Below are positions 13,201-37,872 of a stretch of 64,000 nucleotides of DNA, piece after piece. The notes under the pieces are model-generated. The model searched no databases. It saw only the letters and a program-made list of their open reading frames with translations, and was not told the origin of the DNA. This stretch comes from Leucoraja ocellata (taxonomy: Eukaryota): contig JAWMAR010000030.1 in assembly GCA_036785375.1 (NCBI GenBank), forward strand, positions 5,146,001-5,210,000, read 5' to 3'. Position 1 is the first letter of the stretch. Every line of letters begins with the position of its first letter. The position numbers and the translations under genes were made by a program.

Positions 13201-16200
13201 GGGAGTGCTGGTGTACGATTCCCAAAAAGTTAATCTGCAAGTTGAATCAGTAGCAAATAAGGCAAACGCAATGATAGCATTTGTTTCAAAAACGGATGTA
13301 ATCCTGAGGCGCTGGTCAGGCTGCATTTCGTGCATTGTGAGCAATTTTGAGCACCATATCTGAGGAAGAGTGTGCTGGATCTAGAGAGGGTCCAGAGGTT
13401 TACAAGAATAATCCCAGGAATGAATGGGTTAACATATGACGAGTGTTTGATGACACTGGGCCTGTACTCGCTGGACTTTAGAAGAATGAGGGGGGACCTC
13501 ATTGAAACTTACCGAATATTGAAAGGCTTGGATAGAGTGGATGTGGAGGATGTTTCCACTTGTGGGAGAGTCTAGGACTAGGGGTCATAACCTCAGAATT
13601 AAAGGATGTTCCTATAGGAAGCAGATGAGGAGGAATTTCTTTAGTCAGAAGGTGGTGAATCTGTGGAATTCATTGCCGCCAAAGGCTGTGGTGGCCATCA
13701 ATGGATATTTTTAAGGCAGGGATAGATAGATTCTTGATTAGTACGGGTGTCAGGGGTTATGGGGAGAAAGCAGGAATGTGCGGTTAGGACGGAGAGAGTG
13801 CTTATTGATGGATCTCAATACAATCTCAGAGGAGAAATAAGAGTTTTCAGACAGATTGTGATGCTTTGTACAATGCATTAATAAATGTCTGCGGGAGTTT
13901 AAGGTTTAAGGGAGCCTCATCCATCACTGTACATTGTCTCTTCAGGCATTGCGTGGCTGTGTTGTGATGCCAGGCGCCAAGTCAGAATGCAAGCACTTAC
14001 TTACCTACAGAGAGCACTGTTAGTGCATGATCTGCAAACACTGGATGCTTTAGAATGGGAATCCTGCTTTAACAAGGTACAAAGAAGCCTCACCACCGAC
14101 AATGTTTTTAAAATCCATGTTTAAAACAGATTAAAATAAATTAGCAGTTGCTTAATCATGTTATTTGTTTGTGAAGGTATTGTTTCCATTACTGACAAAA
14201 CTTTTGGAGAATATCAGCCCAGCTGATGTCGGAGGGATGGAAGAGACCAGAATGCGAGCTTCAACCTTGCTTTGCAAAGTGAGTTTGTCGTCCTTGTTTT
14301 GATGAGATGGGTTTGGGGCTGTGATGACATCCACTGTCCACTTGGGCTGTGCATGTACAATATAGTATTTAGCCACACTAGTTACAAAGATTTGATTTTG
14401 TGTGTACATTATTCTAAATTGAATTAATGACTCAGAAATATAGACTCGGAAATATATACTTGTTCCATGAGTGGCTACTGGTGATATTTCCATATATCCA
14501 CATTGTTCAGGCAGCTCTCGTACAATTGATCTGGAGAATTGCTTTAGGTGATTTCTTTCAGCTAATTGTTGGCTATCTATGTATAAACGAATGAGATGTT
14601 GTTGAACTGGAAGCCAGTAGGTAAAACAAAATAGGGATAACTGCATTATGCTGAATATAAGGTGGTAGGGACAACCGTCATATTTTCTGGTAAGTTTCTA
14701 CCTTTGTAGAAAGCTACCTCCCAGAGTGTATTTTTCTCTTACCAGCCAGCATAGGTGGTAGAAAGTCAAATCAACTAACATCATTGAGTTATTTATACTT
14801 TTGTTCAAAATTCAACTCAATCTGTTGGCTGTTGATGTCAAGTTCTGCATCTCACATCAGATCATAATAATTCACATTAACTACCATTCACTAAATTAGA
14901 TTTACATTGAATATAGTTTACATGCAATATAGTTATGTAAAATTAAAGATTTAAAATTTCTGACGCTCTGTGTTGTACTGCTAGGAGTTGCAAAGGATTA
15001 ATATGTGTACCAATATGTTCAGTTCGTGAGTGATGGGCCTGAGTTGTTAGCGACCTTGCATTTGAAAGAAGGCTGGCATTTTCAAAGAATTGAAACACAA
15101 GATCTATTAAATGAACTTGACTGGTCATTTTGTTAGGATGCATTTACATTGTACAATTATATTTTGGACATTGACTTTCTTATGTAATAATATTTCTCCT
15201 TTTCTGCCCATCTAAAGGTTTTCCTCCAACATTTGTCTCCGTTGTTGTCTCTACCAACATTTGCTGCTCTGTGGTTAACGATCCTGGATTTCATGGACAA
15301 GTATATGCATGCAGGATCCAGTGACTTGCTGGTAAGAAAATCTATCTTGTATCAAAGTCTCCACAAATTCTCCCTCAAAATTACCGTTTAAGTTCTGGTC
15401 CAGTTTTTTTTCTTTGTGACAATTCAACAATTTGTTTAAGCATCTTATGAATGATTATTTTTTTTTTAATCCTTTCTGTGGATAATTTAGAGATACAGCA
15501 TGGATACAGGCCTTCGCCTCGCACTAACATTATCCTACACACACTCATGGGACAATTTATAATTTTACCAAGCCAATTAACCTACAAACCTGTATGTCTT
15601 TGGAGTATGGGAGGAAACCGGAACACCCGGAGAAAACCCACGCAGGTCACGGGGAGTAACGTACAAACTCTGTACAGACTGTACCCATAGTCAGGACCAA
15701 ACCCAGGTCTCTGGCGATGCAAGGCAGCAACTCTACCATTGTACCACCCATCTTTGGTTATGCTGTGATTTAAGTCCCAATTTCTGCTTGGAAGTATCAA
15801 TAAAAATGATAGTTCCATAATATAATGTAGAAATTCAATGTGAGTAGTTTCAAGGTTTGTTCTTGGCTTGTTCCTGTACTAGCCATATATTCTGTGACTA
15901 TGTCTCTGTTTCCTGACAGTCAGTGAAAATAGTATGGATAAAGAGCTCAATGACATCATGCTCCCACTCCCGATTTCTTTGCTTAAGACGGCTATAACCA
16001 CGAGTGATGAGAGTGCACATAATTAATCTGTACATGTAAATCCTTGCAGTTTGGATCACATGCACAGGTTTTGTTATAGAACTGTCACACCTTCAAGCTT
16101 GCTTACAGTGCATTCAGAAAGTATTCAGGCCCCTTCACTTTTTCCACATTTTGTTATGCTACAGCCTTATTTTAAAATGGATTAAACTCTTTTTTTAAAT

Positions 16201-19200
16201 CATCAATCTACACACAATACCCCAGAATGAAGAAGAAAAAATAGGTGTTTAGAAATGTTTGCAAAGTAATTAAAAAAAATAACCGAAATATCACATTTAC
16301 ATAAATATTCATACCCTTTGCTATGACACTCGAAATTGAGCTTAAATTCATCCTCTTTCCATTGATTATCCTTGAGATGTTTCTACAACTTGATTGGACC
16401 CCACCAGTGGTAAATTAAATTGATTGGACATGATTTGGAAAGGCACACGCCTGTCTATATGAGGTCCCACAGTTAACAGTGCATGTCAGAGCAAAAACCA
16501 AGCCATGAAGATGAAGGAATTGTCCGTAGAAACTCCGAGACGGGATTGTGTCGAGACACAGATCTGGGGAAGAGTATAAAACAATTTCTGCAGCATTGCA
16601 GGTCCCGAATAGCACAGTGGCCTCCGTCATTCTTAAATGTAAGAACTTTGGAACCGCCAGGATTGATTGTCTCAAGGACAATCAATGGAACCGCCAGGAC
16701 TTCATAGAGCTGGCCTCCCGGCCAAACTGAGCAATCAGGGGAGAAGGGTCTTGGTCAGGGATGTGACCAAGAACCCGATCATCACTGTGACAGAGCTCCA
16801 GAGTTCCTCTGTGGAGATGGGAGAACCTTCCAGAAGGACAACTACATCTGCAGCATTCCACCAATCAGGCCTTTATGGTAGAGTGGCCAGACGGAAGCCA
16901 CTCCTCAGTAAAAGGCACAGGACAGCCGGCTTGGCGTTTGCCAAAAGGCACCTAAAGGACTCTGGTCTGATGAAACCAAGATTGAACTTTGACCCGAATA
17001 CCAAGCGTCATGTCTAGAGGAAACCAGGCACCGCTCATCACCTACTGTGACGCATGCTGGTGGCAGCATCATGCTGTGGGGATGTTTTTCAGCGGCAGGA
17101 ACTGAGAGACTAGTCTGGATCGAGGGAAAGATGAACGGAGCAAAGTACAGAGAGATCCTTGATGGAAACCTACTCCAGAGCGTTGTGGACCTCAGACTGA
17201 TGCGGAGGTTCACCTTCCAACAGGACAACGACCCTAAGCACACAGCCAAGACAACGCAGGAGTGGCTTCGTGACAAGTCTGTGAATGGTCTTGAGTGGCC
17301 CAGCCAGAGTCCGGACTTGAATCCAATCGAACATCTCTGGAGGGACCTGAAAATAGCTGTGCATCGACGCTCCCCATCCAACCTGACAGAGCTTGAGAGG
17401 ATCTGGATAGAAGAATGGAAGAAATTACACAAATACAGGTGTGCCAAGCTTGTAGTGTCATACCCAAGAAGACTTGAGGCTGTAATCGCTGCCAAATGTG
17501 CCTCAACAAAATACTGAGTAAAGGGTCTGAATACATATGTAAATGTGATATTTCAGATTTCTTTTTAATTACTTTGCAAAAAATTTCTAAACACCTGTTT
17601 TCGCTTTTATTATGGGGTTATTGATGATTAAAAAAAAATGAATTTCATCTATTTTAGAATAAGGTTGTAACATACCAAAATGTGGAAAAAGTGAAGGGGT
17701 CAGAATACTTTCTGAATACACTGTAGCTTCACACAACTTTTCACATTGTGATAGTGCAAATAATTAACAAACTTACACAGTTAGTCGTTTAAACAAAAAT
17801 ATTAGAAAATTACATATTCTCTTTATCTGGTACAAAATACTATTGAAAAACGAAAATGCTTTAATATTCAGCCAGTAAATTACTTCAGGGCATTTTTATA
17901 AAATATTAGACCAAGTGCAGACCCGTTGGGTCTGCTCCCCCAATGCACCCGTCTCCCACTCGTAGCCCCCATGGGTGGTGTGGGGAGCAGAGAGGGAGCC
18001 TCGGGGGGTTGGGAGCAGAGGGGGGTAGATTTTGAGTGGTTGGGGGGGGGGGGGGGGGCGCGTCGTGGTGAGGTGGTTCCCGAACGCAATGCTCCCAGCT
18101 GCAGGCTCCAGGAGGTAGGGCCCGAGTAAGGGGGGTGGGGTGACTTCACTCGCAGCGCGAGCAAGACAGTGGTTTTTTTCCAAAGTTTTTTCAGATTTTT
18201 GAACATTTTCATTAATAACTCGAGAAATAAAGCATGATTTTTTGAGATGAGGCGATTTTGGACTCCACGGAAAAAATCTCTACCGGAATATGTAAATTTG
18301 TTATCGTTAGCGTATACAAACAAATAACACACAATCAAATAAACACACATACAAGATCAGACTTTTAATAGGTATATGATATGATAATCAAGGGTTTTGA
18401 CCTTATTTCCTTACTAGTTACCATTAAATGTTATATATTTATTCTGAATGTTCAGATTTAGGATCTAATCATCAATAGAGTGACAGCTCAGGAAATATTT
18501 TTGCCCAAACCTGTTGACTCTAAAATTGAAAAAAATGCAGTGGAGTCAGTTTTACATTGAATTCATGCAGACCCAGCCTTGAAGCACCTCATTCTCAACG
18601 TATAAAATAAATCTTGTCAAGTGAAAAAAACTTAATTCCAGTGGAATTTGCTTACAAATGTTCTATTATTTGTACATTTTTCATTCTGCTGTGGAATGTT
18701 GATAATGTCTTTCCTTTCAGTTGGAAGCAATTCCAGAATCACTAAAGAACATGCTACTGGTCATGGATACAGCTGGCATTTTCCACTGTGCTGAGTCGAG
18801 GACTGGTTATTCCCAGCTTTGGGAGATTACATGGGAAAGAATCGATTGTTTCTTGTCTCGTCTAAAGGATGAACTCTTCAAACAAACAGTTATTCAAGGT
18901 GAAAAACATATGCTCCATGTTTAACTTTTTAACTTGATGCCCCCCTTGCATGTAAATTAAGCATATTCCTAAATTAAGATAATAGGAAATGCTGATTAAA
19001 TTGTGATCCCACATTTTCAGCAATACTGATATAAAGTAGGATGTGGTCAGGTTGGAAAACAGAAAACAGCTCCCTTGGGGATCACTCTAAAATGGACCAA
19101 TTAATATCAGTGAAAGTAGAGCTAATGAGAGATGCCTGAAATGGCAGAGTGGTGGCAGGAAACGTGAAGGGGTCTGAATACTTTCTGAATGCACTGTATG

Positions 19201-21488
19201 TCCCCTAATGCTGCCTCAGTATGAAGAATACGGGGCCGTCTGGTATGAGCATTCTTTTGGTTCATGGAAGATTTTTACTTCAATCCACTCGATGCAATTA
19301 ATTTTAGTTGATGTCAACATACCGTGCATGAGTGTGGGCATACACAATTTTTGGTGCGAGTCAGCTGGTATGAACCAGTACCATTATATTGGCCAATTGT
19401 GAAACTGAAATAGTAATCGGCAGTGTCTAGACATACAATAAATATTTGTACCTTTTCATATTCCCCCTTGTCCTGCACAATTTGGTGACATTTGTTATAT
19501 TTTACTCCCCAATTTAATTGTTTACCCTCAGGGTTCTTCTGTGGTATAAAGGGTACTGTAACGTGCTGTGTTTTTACTGCTCTTTTTCAGGGCATATTTT
19601 CAATGTTTGTTAATCACTGTATGCTTCCGAAATTATGGGCGTTGATTATTCAGCGCATCTCTGGAAGTGTTATTGTTGTTGGAATAATATAAAAGGAGTT
19701 GCAAATTTTTGGGGTAAAAAGCTAAATATAATGCTGATGATTTTTAATTTTGTAGATCCTGTCCTTGGTGTACCAGACCCATCTTCTAATTCAATGCAGC
19801 ATTTTAGTGGACAAGCATCTATACTCCCTGGTTCAGATACAAATCCATCTGGTCAAATTACAGCATCAGAAAAACCCACAGAGGCTTGTGCCAAAGGTGA
19901 GCAGTTTTCAGGCCAGGAGGACTTTGGTGTACAAAGTCGTATTCCATCTTTTAATTACAAAAACTCGCTGAAATTGAACTTTAGATTTGATTTCTGGTTT
20001 CCTGCCTTAAGTTGTCCAACTTTTTTTTTTCTCCAGCTGACTCTTGCCATCACAATTGTTGCAGGCATTGTTACTCTCAGCACAATTTAGTCCAGTCACT
20101 ATGAATCAAGACATTTGGGTAAAAGGCCCACAGCAGAGCTTGGGCGTATAGTGTTTAAGAAGGAACTGCAGATGCTGGAAAATCGAAGGTACACAAAAAT
20201 GCTGGAGAAACTCAGCGGGTGCAGCAGCATCTATGGAGCGAAGGAAATAGGCAACGTTTCGGGCCGAAACGTTGCCTATTTCCTTCGCTCCATAGATGCT
20301 GCTGCACCCACTGAGTTTCTCCAGCATTTTTGTGTACCTTGGTCATAGTTTTGGCTCGCCATGCAGTAATAAATTGTCAAATACTTTATTAAACTAAATT
20401 TGGTGTCAAATCCCAATCACCCTTGAGGGCAAAGAATTATGCCACCGATTTAACAAATATTTAATTCTTTAGCAGAATAAATGGAGCGATTCAAAATATT
20501 TTGGAAATCATAGTAGATTGAGTAATAATGGCCAGCCAGTGAGAAAGGCAACCTAGTGATGATAAAAATTAAGTTATTGCAAGTGGTCAGATCTTTTGGA
20601 CCATGCAGCTTTTTGACTGCTTCAAAAAAAAAAAAAAATTAGTCTTTAAGCGGTTCCATAAAAAATGAAACTTTTCTTTCCAAATCATTTTGATTAACAC
20701 AATATTACCTTTTACAAATGAACCCATTTGTGGTCTGTGAAATTCTTTTTTTTTCTAAATGGCACCCTGTAAATAACATACCAAATGAAGTTAGTAAATA
20801 GCACTGTACGCTTTTTAAAAGCAGCAACAATTACTCAATCATGTGGAGAAATAAGCACTTAAAGAGAAAAAAATTAAATAGTGTGGTATGTCATTTCATT
20901 ACATAACTTAAATGGGAGCCAAAAATTACACTTGGTTAATGAAGATTTTGTTTGAGTAACATGAACTATTATCTCAAATGCTAATGCAATTTTGCATATT
21001 TCAAACACTACACCTCTAAACAAATCTCCATTTCTGTGCTTCCATCTGAAGACTAGCACCAATGTCCAAATTCCTGCTCTGCCATTCAGCAGGAAGTCAG
21101 CATCTTCAGGTTTCAAAATACAATCGCTGCTGTTAATAATCAATATAATCATAGCATGTTGGTTTTACCTATTAAATGATTTTCAGTAAAATATGAACGT
21201 TAATTATATTTTTTGTCCTCAGATTCTGAACACATGCACGTTGGAGGGACTCCCAGCCTTACTCCGCTCTCTACACCAGTGAAGATGAATGTCGGGCCAG
21301 ATGTTAATCAGCCAGTTGTACAGTCCCCTTTAATTCTGCACCCTCTTACTTCATCACTTCAAGTTGGTGTGCCACCTATGCCTTTACCAATTATACTTAA
21401 TCCTGCTTTAATTGAAGCATCATCTCCTGTCCCACTGTTGTCCCCACCACGTCCTGCCAACACGTCGACGGCATCTGAAGTGAACTAA
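1235..21488 (+). CDS. GBF1: GBF1 (Golgi brefeldin A-resistant Arf-GEF 1), 3' part: 16 coding exons, 5' end outside the window
   Basis: 16 exons with GT-AG boundaries and consistent phases join into 2430 nt of open frame ending ...ASEVN* (TAA 21486-21488). The peptide follows the recalled human GBF1 C-terminal half (VEDFV.PNGKISLQREETPSNR to PIILNPALIEA.SPVPLL..PRP....SEVN). Confidence 0.97.
1961..2325 (-). mobile_element. Rex1/Babar-like LINE 3' fragment
   Basis: Reverse complement of the tail seen at 48250-48575 (tcaagagtgttttattgtcatgt...; ctgctcctgaacctgg); shorter tails at about 8474 and 12457. Confidence 0.6.
2599..2722 (+). CDS. GBF1: GBF1 exon (GESTVLSFVGWLTQSG...ALECIK)
   Basis: atgcag| acceptor, aag|gtaaat donor, 124 nt. 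Confidence 0.93.
3626..3792. mobile_element. hAT-type MITE (167 bp)
   Basis: Perfect 14-bp TIRs cagtggcggactgg / ccagtccgccactg; 8-bp TSD ggtatcat / gatatcat (7 of 8); internal gatggcaagtgggcccc repeats. Confidence 0.8.
3984..4055 (+). CDS. GBF1: GBF1 exon (QCDPEKLITESKFLQLESLQELMK)
   Basis: ttccag| acceptor, aag|gttcga donor, 72 nt. Confidence 0.93.
4463..4557 (+). CDS. GBF1: GBF1 exon (ALISVTPDEETYDEEDAAFCLEMLLRIVLENR)
   Basis: cattag| acceptor, cag|gtacaa donor, 95 nt. Confidence 0.93.
5485..5638 (+). CDS. GBF1: GBF1 exon (DRVSCVWQTVRDHLYHL...RREEISSQ)
   Basis: ctacag| acceptor, cag|gtatga donor, 154 nt. Confidence 0.93.
6218..6443 (+). CDS. GBF1: GBF1 exon (VLLSLRVLLMMKP...HELLKTNAANIHS...SHDA)
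   Basis: tttcag| acceptor, cag|gttaat donor, 226 nt; ORF track 6218..6448. Confidence 0.94.
8266..8426 (+). CDS. GBF1: GBF1 exon (GAQSDSEIASYH...DRGYTSDSEVY...SGWLV)
   Basis: taaaag| acceptor, gtg|gtgagt donor, 161 nt. Confidence 0.92.
8721..9260 (-). mobile_element. degraded CR1 LINE 3' fragment
   Basis: Reverse-strand similarity to the CR1 3' end also seen at 13400-13790 and 34375-34605. Confidence 0.55.
10034..10280 (+). CDS. GBF1: GBF1 exon (VGRDDLD...KCVESLSFIVRDAAHVTPENFELCV...NG)
   Basis: tggcag| acceptor, gtg|gtaagt donor, 247 nt. Confidence 0.94.
10832..11034 (+). CDS. GBF1: GBF1 exon (YKTHERK...SDDDEDDSVPASYHTVSLQ[VSQD])
   Basis: ttgcag| acceptor; two in-frame donors, cag|gttagt after 11022 and gat|gtaagt after 11034. 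Confidence 0.9.
12204..12354 (+). CDS. GBF1: GBF1 exon (LLDLMHTLHTRAA...CWCPLLQ)
   Basis: attcag| acceptor, aag|gtgagc donor, 151 nt. Confidence 0.94.
12897..13798 (+). mobile_element. CR1 LINE, 5'-truncated RT remnant
   Basis: VPQGSVGP..F..HINDLDEG...KFGDDLKIGG (RT core), QRDLGVLV, LERVQRFTRIIPGM..LTY, RMRGDLIETY; frameshifted. Confidence 0.88.
13946..14076 (+). CDS. GBF1: GBF1 exon (GIAWLCCDARRQVRMQALTYLQRALL...ESCFNK)
   Basis: cttcag| acceptor, aag|gtacaa donor, 131 nt. Confidence 0.94.
14177..14278 (+). CDS. GBF1: GBF1 exon (VLFPLLTKLLENISPADVGGMEETRMRASTLLCK)
   Basis: gtgaag| acceptor after a 100-nt intron, aaa|gtgagt donor, 102 nt. Confidence 0.93.
15218..15331 (+). CDS. GBF1: GBF1 exon (VFLQHLSPLLSLPTFAALWLTILDFMDKYMHAGSSDLL)
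   Basis: ctaaag| acceptor, ctg|gtaaga donor, 114 nt. Confidence 0.94.
15486..15748 (-). mobile_element. V-SINE (HE1-like) with CR1-derived tail
   Basis: V-domain-like core (tgggaggaaaccggaacacccggagaaaacccacgcaggtcacgggg) and tRNA-like head on -; related copies at about 8125-8200, 25005-25220, 39270-39440 and 56175-56440. Confidence 0.7.
16106..17723 (+). mobile_element. Tc1-family DNA transposon, full length, disrupted DD34E transposase
   Basis: TA TSDs; long (about 200 bp) inverted termini starting cagtgcattcagaaagtattc; ATG near 16505; GGSIMLWGCFS, FQQDNDPKH and SPDLNPIE with D-34-E spacing; internal indels. Confidence 0.95.
17906..18379 (-). mobile_element. non-autonomous Helitron-like element
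   Basis: On -: starts TC, ends CTAA, inserted between A and T; perfect 8-bp hairpin gcagaccc-gtt-gggtctgc about 10 nt from the 3' end; no TSD. Confidence 0.55.
18721..18898 (+). CDS. GBF1: GBF1 exon (LEAIPESLKNMLLVMDTA...LFKQTVIQ)
   Basis: tttcag| acceptor, aag|gtgaaa donor, 178 nt. Confidence 0.94.
19164..19196 (+). mobile_element. orphan terminal fragment of the same Tc1 family
   Basis: gtgaaggggtctgaatactttctgaatgcactg|ta matches the right end at 17691-17723. Confidence 0.75.
19756..19896 (+). CDS. GBF1: GBF1 penultimate exon (DPVLGVPDPSSNS...EACAK), poorly conserved linker
   Basis: ttgtag| acceptor, aag|gtgagc donor, 141 nt; phase-compatible with both neighbours. Confidence 0.82.
20152..20340. 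repeat. palindromic Penelope-derived repeat
   Basis: 77-bp inverted arms (20186-20340), one mismatch, 1-nt centre; partial copies at about 1318-1430, 9670-9783, 36652-36715 and 41728-41840. Confidence 0.75.
21223..21488 (+). CDS. GBF1: GBF1 last coding exon (proline-rich tail ...SEVN*)
   Basis: cctcag| acceptor; PLILHPL..LQVGVPPM.LPIILNPALIEA matches the GBF1 C-terminus; TAA stop. Confidence 0.94.
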
Positions 21489-22769
21489 TTCCTCTAGATT
21501 AGGAAAGGATCAGTTTATTTAACACGTTCTTCTGTTTTGTATTATGACAATATACTTCTTTTTGTCAAGCTTTTTTAAAAATAATTTCTCACCTTTTCGA
21601 ACCAGTCACTGACTCTAATGTTCAATTTGTGTGAAGAAATCATGCATCCATCACTGCAAAGAATGTATTGCTCCAGATACCATTATTTATTTTTGGAGCA
21701 TTAGCCATATTGAGCGCCAAATACTGTCAAACATTCAATGTAGAGTACGACCGAAGGCAAAAGCCATCTGTGTTGCATTGCAATGTTTTATTCATTATCT
21801 GCTCAAGTTATCAATGTTTCTAAAATGCTGTTTGCCACATTATAATGAAAATGTGTTGTTTGGCTGTAAACTAACATTAAGTTATCTGTATAGTAGCCCT
21901 TTATTTAAGTGATATGTTTCAAGTAATTTTCAGAAGATAAGTGACAATGTGAAGGGCTACAACAGGACCCTGATACTCAGGTTGCATAATACAAAAGAGC
22001 AAGAGATAAACAACCTTGTTACAGTAATAAAATGCATGATTTTTTTTAAATATCATGCAGCAGGATGGATGTTTTACCTAACCCAAATGTGATAGTCAAA
22101 GTATTCCACCCTTTGAAACCTCACGTTAAGTTCCATTTCATAGTAGCTTATTTCCTTTCCCAGGACTTGGCTTGTTTTTGTTGTCAAATGTAAGTTTGTC
22201 AACTTTAGATTTTCACCCCAATTAATAATTTTTGTTCAATGGTTTTGGTTTGTATTTCCAATTGTCTGCAGTTTCTAGGAAGTTTCTATACTGCATATTA
22301 AATGGAAACCTAGTGTAAAACATTAAGTGTATAAATATAAATGAATTTGCAGTGGTTACGATTTTCACTTGTACCAATATATTTAGAGATGTGAAATTGT
22401 AATATAAAAAAAATAATGCCGGTGGATATGTTGAGCTTGCTTTACATTCCTGTCCTGTTTGCTTCCCATATAGCCTGAATTAGCTGTAAATGACCCAAAA
22501 CATAAATAGGCATGAAGGCCAAAGCTTGTGTAATTTGAGACCAACAGAATCTATATTCAAAGTCTTTGTTACTTTGTTCTAAATTTTGTACATTTCACAA
22601 AGATTTTAATTTAATGTGTGCAAAATGGCAACAAAACTTTCTGTGGTTATGGTAAAACTTAAATGATCTGTCCCACATTCTCTGGGTGAGAATGGGGGAA
22701 GGATAGTAGACATAGGTAATGTATATAGAAAGAATGGTTTAAAGAAAATTTAAATGTACTTTTTACAGT

Positions 22770-22775
22770 AATAAA
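22770..22775 (+). terminator. candidate GBF1 polyadenylation signal (AATAAA)
   Basis: AATAAA about 1.3 kb after the stop, followed by a GT/T-rich tract (gtggtttattgattt); a second AATAAA lies at 22026-22031. Confidence 0.5.
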
Positions 22776-22804
22776 TATCAAAATGTAAAGAAATTTAGCT
22801 GTGG

Positions 22805-22860
22805 TTTATTGATTTAACTAGGTGATCTGTGAGGAGTTACAGCAAGTAGCTTTCTTTATT
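22805..22860 (-). terminator. candidate macroH2A2 (copy A) polyadenylation signals
   Basis: TTTATT on + at 22805-22810 and 22855-22860, i.e. AATAAA on -, about 1.6 kb downstream of the stop; both kept in the duplicate (51061, 51111). Confidence 0.45.
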
Positions 22861-24462
22861 GAATTTATATTGAAAAAGCAAATTAAATTATACATCACAT
22901 TTATGCAAAATCTTATTCTGAAACAAATTGTCTGGGCCTGGAAGGTCACAATGGCACGTTCCAGCTAAAAGACAATTGAAACAGACTAGTGGTGCCCATG
23001 CAGTGTTAAATCTTTGGGAACATTTAAGGTGAATTTTGTCAACTTGCTGTAAACATGTCTTGTGTCATGGCCAACAGACCTCAGTTGAATGAATTATAAT
23101 AATTACGATCCAAGGAATTCAAGTTAATAAATTACTTGAATAATGCACAGCATTTCAGAATAGTTCTAAATGTTCCATTACGGTAGGCACACATGACATT
23201 TTGTCTAAACATCTAGCCCAAATAAATGTTATGGTTACATTTAATTCCTTCAGCAACATGGCATAATTTTCCCAACTTGAACATCTCCATTAGGAAAAGA
23301 TGCTTCATTTCAGACTTATGATCTGTTCTTATCTACTTATGCTACTTATTGAGTACCTCCAAAATATGCAGTATTTGATATCTCTTTACAAATGTGCATG
23401 ACAAGGTGATTAATCTATATTTATTTATTTAAAAGTTGTCATCGTCCATGTGTACAACTTCAATGAACAAAGAGAACAAACATGTGCTTTACTCTGCCCT
23501 TTAATTATAAGAGGAAATTAAAAGTTGGTCACGCACAGCCAGGGTTCCACTGACACAAGGCAGCTGGTCAGCCCACTGTTCATGCCAACTTCCATTTAGG
23601 TTCCCTTGTGATCTTACAACTTGTTCTAATATGCCCAGTAACTCGCCCTTGTTACTTTTTACCATTTATCTACAATTGAGATTTAAAAAAAAAGATTAGC
23701 ACGTGTAGACGGGATGTTGGGAATCCAACTGCTTACAAGAGAGTAGCATCCAAGGTAGATAGAAAAGCTAAATCATTCATTTAAACCCACTTGGGTAAAA
23801 CTGGAAACTCGTGCACAGGCTATAGGTTCAAATTGCAGCCACATTATTCTCATGGTCTTATTGGACAATGACCCTCCTTCCACAATATTTAACATACTTT
23901 AAAGAGCCCATGTGTTTCTTTAGAATTACTTGCCTCAGAACATCCAGATATTTTTTTTATAGTCTTTTTAAAACTTGTCACATATGAAATCACACAGCAA
24001 ATGGTATTGGAGGAAATATATGCAGCAATATTGCTTTCAATTTTATGTTGTTCTTTTACACACTAGAATGTGAAACCAATACACTAGCGTAACAAAAGGA
24101 ATACTTAACCACAATTACATGAAGTCATTTGTCTAGCATGATATATTTTCCACTAGACTGTTAAATGTCACAATTTTCTTAAAAATCTAAACTTTCAATG
24201 TTTTAGTAAAATCACAAAAAAAATCTGCAAAAGATGCACAGTATCAAGGTTGTTTTCTGATTTTCCACAAGTAGATTTCAAAACATTTTCCTTATTTGGG
24301 AGGAGTGCTATAAAAATGTAATCAAAAGTTTACTCTTCAACCATCTGGTCATGTTTGTGATAACAGAACAAATATTTTGCACTTTCTCATTTACTTTTTG
24401 AACACACTTTTCTGCATTGCTGAACAAAATGCTGTTTCAAAATTGTTATTAAAAAAGGATTA

Positions 24463-37872
<13,410 letters not shown>

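Noticed and set aside
14161-14646. 161-aa minus-strand ORF
   Set aside because: Overlaps a GBF1 exon in antisense, with no independent coding signal.
16905-17495. 196-aa minus-strand ORF
   Set aside because: Antisense shadow of the Tc1 transposase.
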